From Ostreococcus lucimarinus (taxonomy: Eukaryota), in assembly GCA_000092065.1 (NCBI GenBank), contig CP000591.1: a stretch of 64,000 nt of DNA, one strand, 5' to 3'. The notes beneath the pieces are model-generated. The model did no database searches and had not been told where the DNA came from. It saw only the letters and a list, made by a program, of their open reading frames with translations. Every line of letters starts with the position of its first letter. The stretch's first letter is position 1. A program made the position numbers and the translations under genes. Shown here piece after piece: positions 27,254-37,100 of the stretch.

Positions 27254-27505
27254 TCGAGACGGCTCGGACAGCTTCCGTTAGAACACTAGCACGCCGACCC
27301 CGTTCGCCGAATCGCTCGTCATTTCTTCCTCGAGCGAGGTGGTGACTTTTAAAGTATACAATACAATATCACGACGGAACGAGCGCCGCGTCCCGAGCGG
27401 CGCTCGCCTCCCGAGCCGTCCGCGTCGCGCGTCGACGTTCCTCTAACACTAATCCACCATATTCACCGACGATCGTCGATCGTCACACACCGTCGCGCAC
27501 CCACG

Positions 27506-30169
27506 ATGGCGGTGCCGCCGGGAACGGGAAATCGACAGTTTGTCGATGACGCGCAGGTGCGTAAACGGACCGCACGCGCGCGCGTCGCGCGTTACGTGTC
27601 GCGCAAGCGTCGCGAATTCGTCACGCGATCGTCGAGACGCGATGAATCGTGCGCGCGGAACGCACCGTGTGGAAGCGCGAAGAAGGGGTTGAACGACCCG
27701 AATTCGCGTCTCGCGGGCGTGGTCGCGGGATGCGCGCTCGATGCGCGCGCGCGCGCCGTCTGAACGACGCGAAAGACGCGATGAAGACGCGTTCGCGCTC
27801 GACGAGCGCGAGAGCCAGAGGACTGACGCGACGCCGCGACGTTTTCCAACCCGTAGATCGCGGAGGAGCAGCGCGAGCTCGACACCAAGCTGCGATCGAC
27901 GAATACGCGGGATAAACTCGATGCGCTGAAGAGGCTGATCGCGCTCATGGCGACGGGACGAGACGTGAGCGTGTTTTTTCCCTCCGTCGTGGTGAACATC
28001 GTGAGCGAATCGTTCGAGGTGAAGGTGTTGGTGTACATGTTCTTGGTGCGAACGGCGGATCAGAAGCCCGAGGAGGCGCTTTTATCGATCAATTCGTTTC
28101 AGAAGGATCTGGCGCACCCGAACCCGAGAGTGCGGGCGTTAGCGCTTCGAGTGATGTCAAGCATTCGCATCCAGGTCATCGTGCCGGTGGTTATATTGGC
28201 GGCGCGAAAGTGCGCGGTTGATCCGAGTCCGTACGTGCGCAAATCGGCGGCGCATGCGATCCCAAAAATTTACAGAATGGATAACACGCGAAAGGAAGAG
28301 CTCATCGAAATCATCGAAACGATGTTGCGCGACAGTACGCCCTTTGTGTTGTCGTCCGCGGTGGCGGCGTTCACCGAGGTGTGCCCGGACAGGATCGATT
28401 TGTTGCATCGACACTACCGCAAGATTTGCCGCATGTTGGTAGACATGGACGAGTGGGGACAGATTTTGTTGAGCGAGCTCCTGCTCAGGTACGCGCGATC
28501 GCAGTTTTTGGCCCCCGACGCGCACACGCGCGAGCTCGGCGGCGTTTCGGGTAAAGGGGAAAAGAAGCTCGAACTCGCGCTTCCTTCGACAAACGAAGCC
28601 TCTTACCACGAATCCAACAACGCCGGGATCCAGTCGATCGTGGCGAGTGGCGCGGCGTTCTATTCCGATTCCGATGAGGAGGAGGAAGACTCCGACGATG
28701 ACAGCGACGATAGCGACGGAGGCAAGGCGAAGAAGGCGGGCAAGTCGAGCGGCGGCGCCACGGCTGAGTCTCGCGGTCCAGGTTGGATGGACGAAGACCA
28801 TCGTCTTTTGTTGCGTTGCACGCGTCCGTTACTGCAGTCTCAAAACGCTGGCGTCGTTATGGCTGTTGCGGCGCTGCACTTTTACCTGAGCCCAGCTGCG
28901 GACTTGCCCAAGGTTGTTCGAGCGTTGGTTTTCACAGCGCACGGCAGGCCCGAGGTGCGACATGTCGTCATCAAGAACATTTGTACCATGGTCACCACGC
29001 AGCCGATATTGTTCCAGTCGCACTTCAATGCGTTCTTCGTCACTCCACGAGATCCGTTGCAAGTCCGCGCTCTGAAACTCGAAATCTTGACGCACATCGT
29101 CACGAGCGAAAACGCGCCCACGCTGTTGAGAGAGCTTCAAGCTTACTTGCGCTCATCAAACCACGATTTTGTGGCGCTGACGATTCGAGCCATCGGAAGG
29201 TGCGCGGCCATAATGCCGCAAATCGCATCAGTGTGCATCCGCTCTTTGCTCGAACTTTCGCTTCATCCTTCGCCAAAGGTTGCGTCTGAAGCAGTCGTCG
29301 TCATTCGCGCCTTGGTGCAACAAAATCCGAAGGAGCACATCGTCGTGGTGATGCGCTTGATGCGTCGATTGGACTCATTGATCGCCCCCGAAGCGCGCTC
29401 AGCGGTGATTTGGCTCGCGGGTGGTGAGATCTTTGATGGCGACGCGGAGAACATCAAGGCGTCTGATAAGGAACTCCGTGAAAAGTTCTTTGAACTCGCA
29501 GTGCAAATGATGCGTCGCGTCGTCAAGAGCTTCCCAGATGAACACGAGATGACGAAGCAGCAAATCGTGAACACATCGTGCAAGATGTACATCCAAGATC
29601 CCATCCGCATCGCGCCAATGCTCAAAGTCGTATTTGCGCTCGCTGCTGCGGATCCTTCGGTGGACATGCGCGATCGAATTCGCGTCTTCCGCGCCCTCTT
29701 CCCCGTGGACGGGAAGCCGAGCGCGGTCAAGCACTTCGGAGACGCCGTCGTGCTGTGCGCCAAACCTGAGCCCAAACTCCCGTCACCCGCGATGCAAACG
29801 TGCGAGCACGCGCTCGGTTCTCTGTCGCATTTCATGGATCACATGGCGCCAGGGTACACGCCGCTCGCGAAGCATCCGACGGTGCAACCGCCGACGAATG
29901 TTCGCGAGCAATACTTCGCCGGGGGATCGGGCAGAGAAGGCTCCTCAGCCATTGCGGTGCACAACGGCAAATCCAACGGCCTCGGTGCGAGTGGATTCTA
30001 CAGCTCTAGCGATGACAGCGATGATAGCGACAGTGATTCGAGTAGTTACACGGGGAGCGACGATTCAGACGATAGCTCGGATGACTCTGGTGATTCCTCA
30101 GACGACGACGAAGACGAAGACGAAGACGACGAATCGGACGATTCCTCGTCGTCGAACGACTCGGATTAG
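27506..30169 (+). CDS. AP3B: AP-3 adaptor complex subunit beta, 2 exons
   Basis: Exon 1 at 27506-27556 (MAVPPGTGNRQFVDDAQ, donor GTGCGT). The intron runs to the AG at 27856. Exon 2 at 27857-30169 begins ...ELDTKLRSTNTRDKLDALKRLIALMATGRDVSVFFPSVV, which aligns with human AP3B1 [39 protein letters not shown] and runs through RALALRVMSSIR...EVCPDRIDLLHRHYRKICRMLVDMDEWGQ. The Ser/Asp-rich acidic C-terminus is typical of AP-3 beta. Confidence 0.8.
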
Positions 30170-30263
30170 CTACCAATGACGAAACAATGTAAAACAAATC
30201 GCGTGTCTATATTAAAGCTATTATTAAGCCGCTCGGTGAATGAATGAATGAATGAATGACGCG

Positions 30264-31094
30264 TCACACGTCGAAACCGTTTTCGCGCGCGCGTTTGAGA
30301 AACTCGAGTTGTTCGTCGGACCCCTCCTCGAGCGCTTGAAACATGAAGATTGATTTATCCCCGATATCGTCCTTGATCGGCTGCGAATACTTGCGCAACG
30401 CAAGAACGACTAGAAGTGCGAGCACGACGTTCGCCTCCACCCCGCACACGTCTGCGCTCGCGCCGAAAAGATGACTCAAACACATCGCCGGCACGGCGAA
30501 GAATAAAAGCGCCGCCTCCGGCTTACCGTAACACATCCCCTCCTTAAACGCCAGCCCTGTCAACGCGGCGAACATCGGACCGACGAGCAAAACGCTCATC
30601 GGATGTTCCCAGACGTACACCGGCAGCGGCTCCTGCGCGCTCATCGCGATCGCCGCGCTTCCCAAAAACCCCACCGACCAGAGCGCGCGCATCGCCGCGC
30701 GAATCTCGCCGACGTACATGTGCACCATCAGCAGCGCCCCCCCCAGCCCCAATCCGCCCAAGAAGTACGCTTTTTCCGCGTCCACGTAATCCCCGGCGTG
30801 ACACAACCCCGCGGTGAGCGCGGCGCCGAGCGACATCGCGCTCAACGACCCTCGATACGCGAACACCTCCGCGCGGTCCGCGGCGTCCACCGTCCAGTCT
30901 GCGTAGGCGCCGCGGTACACGCGCGGATCCACCGACTGTTCCGCCGCGAACCGCGGTCCCGCGCGAAGCGGTTTCAGAATATCGAACCTCGCGCGCGTTC
31001 GCACCGTCGCGCGCGCCCTCGCGCGCCCTCGTCGGCCCGTCGTCGGCGCCGAACGCGTCGCGATGACGTCCTCGATGCCTCGCGCGCCGACCAT
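30264..31094 (-). CDS. hypothetical integral membrane protein, possibly organelle-targeted
   Basis: 276 aa with an Arg-rich presequence and at least 4 hydrophobic, Gly-rich helices (LGGLGLGGALLMV, VLLVGPMFAALTGLAF, VVLALLVVLAL). No family recognised. Confidence 0.35.
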   Translation of the reverse strand: MVGARGIEDVIATRSAPTTGRRGRARARATVRTRARFDILKPLRAGPRFAAEQSVDPRVYRGAYADWTVDAADRAEVFAYRGSLSAMSLGAALTAGLCHAGDYVDAEKAYFLGGLGLGGALLMVHMYVGEIRAAMRALWSVGFLGSAAIAMSAQEPLPVYVWEHPMSVLLVGPMFAALTGLAFKEGMCYGKPEAALLFFAVPAMCLSHLFGASADVCGVEANVVLALLVVLALRKYSQPIKDDIGDKSIFMFQALEEGSDEQLEFLKRARENGFDV

Positions 31095-31330
31095 GTTTCC
31101 TCCCCTCGCGCTTCGCTCGCGCCGCCTCGGCGCCGCGCGTCCGCGCGTCCGCGCGTCCGCGCGTCTCTCCGCCTACCGCGCGCGCCTCGTCGCGATCGAG
31201 CGCCGCGACGCGTCGCGACGCGACGATTTGTGCCGCCGCGGTGCGCCGACGATCGGCGATCGGCCGCGGCGGCGCGCGACGATCGCGCGCACACCGCGAC
31301 GCACCGCGAGACGGACGCGAGGCGCGCGCG

Positions 31331-32146
31331 ATGGGTAAATGGATGGACGATGACGCGCCCGGTGGGCCGCAGGGCGCGCGCTCGTACGCCCCGTACGCGG
31401 GCGCGCAGGCGAACGATGCGTGTCGGAATTGCGGCCAGCTCGGACACTACGCGAGAAACTGCGCGCAGAACGCCGGACTGAACGGCGGCCGCGGCGCCGA
31501 TCGATGCAATCGATGCGGACAGATCGGACACTGGGCGAGCGAGTGCTCGCTGCCGTACTCGGGCGGCGCGGGCGCGGGAGGGTTCCGAGGGGCGGTCGGC
31601 GGCGGCGGCGCGCGGCCGGGCGATCGGTGCTCTAGGTGCGGAGGACTCGGACACTACGCGCGCGCGTGCCCGTCGCCGGCCATGGCGGCGTTCGCGGGAG
31701 GTGCGGGAGGCGCGCCGAAGACGTGCCATAACTGTGGACGCGTGGGACACATCGCGCGGGACTGCCGACAAGGCGGCGGCGCGCGAGGGTACGATAACGC
31801 CAGAGCGCCGAAGCAACGCAAGGGTGCGGGTCCGGACGATGTGTGTAATCGCTGCGGCGAAAAGGGACACTGGGCGAGCTCGTGCTCGCAACCGGACACG
31901 CGAACGGAGGCCGAGCGCACGAGACAAGCCAAGCCGGACGATAAGTGCCACCGATGCGGCGAGCTCGGGCACTTCGCCAAGGATTGCTCGTTGCCCCCGG
32001 ACAACACGTGCAGAATTTGCAAGCAAGAGGGACACTTCGCCAGAGAGTGCCCGAACAAGGACACCGCGGCGGCAGCGAACATGGATGCGGACCTTGATAA
32101 CTACATGAAGGAGGGCGCGGAGAAGAAGGAAAGCGGCGAGGCGTAA
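31331..32146 (+). CDS. CCHC zinc-knuckle protein (CNBP-like), 7 knuckles
   Basis: Seven CX2CX4HX4C repeats (CRNCGQLGHYARNC, CNRCGQIGHWASEC, CSRCGGLGHYARAC, CHNCGRVGHIARDC, CNRCGEKGHWASSC, CHRCGELGHFAKDC, CRICKQEGHFAREC). ATG at 31331 (MGKWMDD). Confidence 0.75.
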   Translation: MGKWMDDDAPGGPQGARSYAPYAGAQANDACRNCGQLGHYARNCAQNAGLNGGRGADRCNRCGQIGHWASECSLPYSGGAGAGGFRGAVGGGGARPGDRCSRCGGLGHYARACPSPAMAAFAGGAGGAPKTCHNCGRVGHIARDCRQGGGARGYDNARAPKQRKGAGPDDVCNRCGEKGHWASSCSQPDTRTEAERTRQAKPDDKCHRCGELGHFAKDCSLPPDNTCRICKQEGHFARECPNKDTAAAANMDADLDNYMKEGAEKKESGEA

Positions 32147-32395
32147 TATATCGAACGCGCGCTCCTCGCGACGCTTCTTCAATAAATCCGACGCCGCGGT
32201 CGTTCGCCGCGCCGTCTCCATCACCACGAACCAGACGACGATGAAACGACACGATTACGCGTCGAACTCATCGTCTCGTCCCGGCGCGTGTGTTTCACCA
32301 TCACATACCACGTAGTGTTGTCTTTGTAATGGCCTTCTAAAAATCAATCTCACAAACCCGTCTCGGAGCGCGCCACGACTCGCCTCTCCTGAATC

Positions 32396-34138
32396 ATGTC
32401 GAAAAAGTTCTTGAACGCCCCCGACGACGTCGTGAGCGAAATGCTCGACGGCGTGTGCCTCGCCACGCCCTCGATCGCGCGCATCGCCGATCAGAACGTG
32501 CTCGTGCACGTTCGCGAGGGCGAGGACAAGGTGGTTGTGATTTCAGGCGGCGGAAGCGGCCACGAACCAGCCATGGCGGGGTATCTCGGTCGAGGCATGC
32601 TCGACGCCGCGGTGTGTGGGAACGTCTACGCCAGCCCGAGCGTGGAGGCGGTGCTGAGCGCGATTCGCGCGACGACGACCGACGCGGGGGCGGCGCTCGT
32701 GGTGATGAACTACACCGGGGACAGATTAAACTTTGGATTGGCCGCCGAACGCGCGAAACTCGAAGGTTTCGACGTGGAGATGGTGATCGTGAATGACGAT
32801 TGCGCGCTGGCGAGCGATCGAGTCGGGATCGCCGGCAGGCGCGGGCTTGCGGGGACGCTCTTCGCGCATAAAGTCGCCGGCGCGGCGGCGGACGCCGGTA
32901 AGTCTCTGAAGGAAGTGTGCGCGGAAGCGAGGGCGTGCGTCGAGGCCACGGGGACGATGGGGGTAGCGTTACAAGCGTGCACGCTTCCGGGATCGTCTGG
33001 CGTCGCGAGAGAGATTGCGGAAGGGACGATGGAGCTCGGACTCGGGATTCACGGCGAACCGGGAGCGCACACGGCTAAGACGACGAGCGCCGATGAAGTC
33101 GTAGAGACGCTCATGACGAGTATTTTCGCGCAGAATGAAAAGATTGGGAAACTGAGCGAAGGTTCAAACGTAGCGCTCATGGTGAACTCGCTCGGGGCGA
33201 CACCGTTGATGGAGTTGTACGTCGCCGCCCGCGCCGCGTTCTCGTGGCTTGCGGGCGTGAAGAAAATAAACGTCACGCACGCATACGTCGGCACGTTCAT
33301 GAGTGCGATCGATATGAACGGTTTTAGCGTCACCGTATGTGCGCTCGATGATGACACTAGAGTGCAGCGCCTCGAGGCGCCGTGTTCATGCTCCGCGTGG
33401 CCGAAGACGGCAAAACTCACTCCTGCGAAGCTCTTGTCGGTGTCAGCGCCGGCTTCCGATAGAAACGAAACCATCGCGAGCGGGCCACCGACGACTCCCG
33501 AGGGTGTCATGGCGTTGAAAGCTATCAAGCGCGTCGCAAAGGATCTCATCGCAGTGGAGGATACTCTCACAAAGTACGACACCGCGGTCGGCGACGGCGA
33601 TTGCGGCACCACGATTCGCAAGGGCGCTGAGGCTTTAATGAAAGCTGCGGATACTTACCCGATTGACGATGTCTCGGCGCTTATGCGTGCTATCGGGGAC
33701 ACAATCCGTCAGAACATGGGCGGTACGAGCGGCGTATTGTACGATATCTTTTTCACCGCCGCGGCGGATAAACTCGCAAAGGTTGCCAAGGGCAAAGCGC
33801 CGAGCGTCGACATCGTCCTTCTTGCGTTCTCAACGGGCGTGCAGGCGATGTGCCAGTACGGTGGCGCTCGCGCTGGTGATCGCACGATGCTAGACGCGCT
33901 CGTTCCTGCGTTAACAATGGCGACGACGACGTATATGTCGAAAAAGTCTGTCATCGAAGTTGCGTCCGAAGCCGCAAAGGCGGCTGCGAACGGCGCCGAA
34001 GACACAAAGAGCATGAAGGCAAACGCCGGACGTTCAAGCTATGTCAACCAAGACGTGTTGAAGGAAACACCTGACCCCGGTGCAGTCGCGGCGGCGACGT
34101 GGATTAACGCAATCTTTGCTGCAGTGTCTGAAAGTTGA
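32396..34138 (+). CDS. DAK: dihydroxyacetone kinase / triokinase (Dak1 + Dak2 domains)
   Basis: KKFLNAPDDVVSEMLDG...KVVVISGGGSGHEPAMAGYLGRGMLDAAVCGNVYASPS (DhaK motif), followed by a C-terminal DhaL-like domain. Confidence 0.85.
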   Translation: MSKKFLNAPDDVVSEMLDGVCLATPSIARIADQNVLVHVREGEDKVVVISGGGSGHEPAMAGYLGRGMLDAAVCGNVYASPSVEAVLSAIRATTTDAGAALVVMNYTGDRLNFGLAAERAKLEGFDVEMVIVNDDCALASDRVGIAGRRGLAGTLFAHKVAGAAADAGKSLKEVCAEARACVEATGTMGVALQACTLPGSSGVAREIAEGTMELGLGIHGEPGAHTAKTTSADEVVETLMTSIFAQNEKIGKLSEGSNVALMVNSLGATPLMELYVAARAAFSWLAGVKKINVTHAYVGTFMSAIDMNGFSVTVCALDDDTRVQRLEAPCSCSAWPKTAKLTPAKLLSVSAPASDRNETIASGPPTTPEGVMALKAIKRVAKDLIAVEDTLTKYDTAVGDGDCGTTIRKGAEALMKAADTYPIDDVSALMRAIGDTIRQNMGGTSGVLYDIFFTAAADKLAKVAKGKAPSVDIVLLAFSTGVQAMCQYGGARAGDRTMLDALVPALTMATTTYMSKKSVIEVASEAAKAAANGAEDTKSMKANAGRSSYVNQDVLKETPDPGAVAAATWINAIFAAVSES

Positions 34139-34167
34139 TTTAATGCTACGTAATGCTATTTCTAAAG

Positions 34168-37100
34168 TCACTCTGGAGGTCGCGGCGCGCGGCGAAATTC
34201 TCGCGGAACCTTCGTCGTGCCGTACCTAGGAGCTGTGAACGTTGGTCGCTCATTGAGCGCTGCAATGTTTGAACTCACGACTACTTCGCTTGCCTCGTTA
34301 TTTGCGCTTTCTATCGACCGTTGACGTCGGAAGTTTTCTCCACCGTACCAACGATCGGAAGCCGCCTCTCGTTTAGCGAGTCGATCGGCATGGAGCGCAC
34401 TTCTCGCCCTGCGCTGTCGTTCGAGTCTTTCCGTCGGTGGTGGTGGCGGCGGATGACGCACAATCTTCGGAGTCGCCTGATCCGGGACCCTCTTAAATCC
34501 TGTGGTGCCTTTCACCATCGTCATACGACCTCCGATGGGTGGGGCCGGCCCCTTGCTCGGATCGGAATCGCGTTCGATTTCTACTCTACCGCCTCGCGTT
34601 GACTTTGCCTGGCGGTGCGAGTTTCCTGAATGTTCCCTTTCCTTCATTTTACGCCAGAACTCGTTCAATCGAAGCTTGGATATCGTCTCATCCTTCTGGC
34701 GTTGCCTCTCGACAGAGCTGTGAATGATTGCACTCACGTTGTGCAGCGTCTCGCGCGAGGGGGCCGCGCCACGTACATCTCGCACATCGCTACTTTCGTC
34801 GTAAAGCGTGATTGCCGTGAGAGCTGAATCGTCCGACAATAGCGCTCGCATATCACTTATGCCGCGCTCGGCCGCCGCGCGAACGCCGGCGTTGTCGTCG
34901 GTGTTTACGATTTTCAAGAGCACGGCGATAAGCTTGTCGGTGTCTTTTTGTAGCCCTTGTACTTTGATATCGCCGTATAGACGCCGATACATCGTCTTTG
35001 ACATCAACGCTCCCCCGGGCATTTTGCGCTTTGCCGCGTCCACGAACCTCTCGAATGCAGCATCCGTGTACGACCCCGTTACGGGTACCTCAAAGTCATA
35101 AAAATTGCCCTCGGTTCCCCATACGAAGAGAGTAATCAAATCCACCAAGGCGTGTATCGAGAGTTCACGCGTCTCAGCTTCATCGTCGATCAGCATACCG
35201 TACAACGCATCGTGCACAAACTGCGCCGCCGACATAGAAATGAAAGCTTTGTAAGATTTTTTTGATACCTCGCCTTCGTCAGATTTTGTATTCATCACTC
35301 GGTAAACTGCGCTCATCTCCAGTTTAATCGATTGATGAAGAAGCTCGATGGCGTGAATTTTCTCTCGTTCTTTACCGGGCTCCATACTAACGATCAAGTG
35401 AGAGAGAGCGCTCAAAAACTCAGATCTGCACGCATCTGCGTTCGTCAGCGCGTAAAGGATTTCAGAGACAAACGTCTCCTTGGACGATCCAGCGTGCGCT
35501 TCCATACATTCAAAGAGAACTTTCAATCCATCGACGGCAAACACGCTCGGTCCCGCGTCACCAACTCGAACTAAAGTCGCGAGAGTCCGAATGGAATAGA
35601 ATGATATCTGCTTGTCCGTGCTTAGTGAGGCGTCGAGCAGCGTCTTCATGAAATCATGCGCGAGCTCAAGTCTTTCTTCATCCGCCTCGTTTTGCAACCT
35701 CCCGACGGCGGCATAATAACCCAGAGAACTGAACCAATTCAATTCAGGTCTATTCTTCGCTTTGACTTCTTGACGTAGCCAGCTACGCGCGACGTAAGTC
35801 ACGCGCTCAGCCTTGTCTAGTCTGCGGACCTCATCCGTGTCCGGATCCCTCACGTGCGTAATGGCTTGAGTGAGCTTTTTCGCAATCGGTCTCGGTGGAA
35901 TCTCGAACGCATCGTCAATTATTTGACGAAACATTCTCGCAGATACGACGTAATCTTCGCCATACATATCCAAATCAATGTCATGAGCTTTAAACAAGAG
36001 CGTCGACATGAGGTTTGCGAAGTCAAAAGACTGAATGCACTCCATCGATACCGTCGCCACGGTCGCTTGAAACGTTTTACTCTCCCCACCCTTGATGCAG
36101 TCTTTAACCGTGGAGACAATCGATTTGACCGCCTCCCATGTCGACGCTGGACTATCATCGTCGCACCAAAGTGCGATCTCTACCGTTCCCTGGACATACG
36201 CATGTATCACGCTTCTGATGAATCCTTCGCCGGCTACTTGGAGAAATTCTTGGTCTGGATCATCGATGATACAATGCATGATGATACCGAGCTCCTCAAA
36301 AGCGTCACTAGCTGTATCCCACGCGTCTCCAACGTCTTCATTCTCGCCGTCTTTCGTCTGCGAGGCCCTTGGCATGTTCGTCTTCTTCACCAAGGGAGAG
36401 AGCAATTGAGTGCGTTGCTCTGTGCTGAGAAGGTTATAAAACGCCACGAGCGCGACGACGCGATCTCTTCTATTCTCTGCCTCAACTTGTTCTTTGATAA
36501 ACTCCGGCGTCATGATCTTCTCAACCTTTTCCACTTGCTCTGGATCGCTCAATTTTTCAAGCTCTGAGCGAATGCACTTGTGATCTCCAAGACTATGATT
36601 GAAGACACGCACCATCACCATCGCGATCAACGTCATGATGATGCCAATCACAACTCCCGGGCGCGTCCAGTTTGAACCACCCGTGTGTGGAACTAAGCCA
36701 TGAGACATCCAAGGTGGATTATTGAAAATTCTCGAGAAATAGGTGACGACGGCGAACATAAACGCGCCACCGAAAGCACCAGCTCTCGATTCATTCCGCT
36801 TTTGCCCGAACCCGCGCAAAGACTGAATATTCATGTGCGCCACGAGTAAAACGAGGCAGACTACTACTGGCATGATATTTCGCAACGAGTTCAGACTTTC
36901 GAGTCGCGCCACGGAATCAAGTGCAGGGACGCCATGACCCGGAAGTTCACCTTCCATGTACGCCGCGATCGTAGCCAAGGAGACCTTCAAAAAGATGCTT
37001 AACATCTCAAAAATTGGGACGGGGCGTAAGTTGGGTTCAAGCGTCTCCGATACCACAGCCATCTTCATCGATACTGCAATCGCGCCGAGGCCAACGAAGA

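Noticed and set aside
31331-32146. Retroviral or retrotransposon Gag for the CCHC-knuckle protein.
   Set aside because: It has seven regularly spaced knuckles with Gly/Arg linkers and no capsid, protease or RT region. That matches cellular CNBP-type proteins, not Gag.
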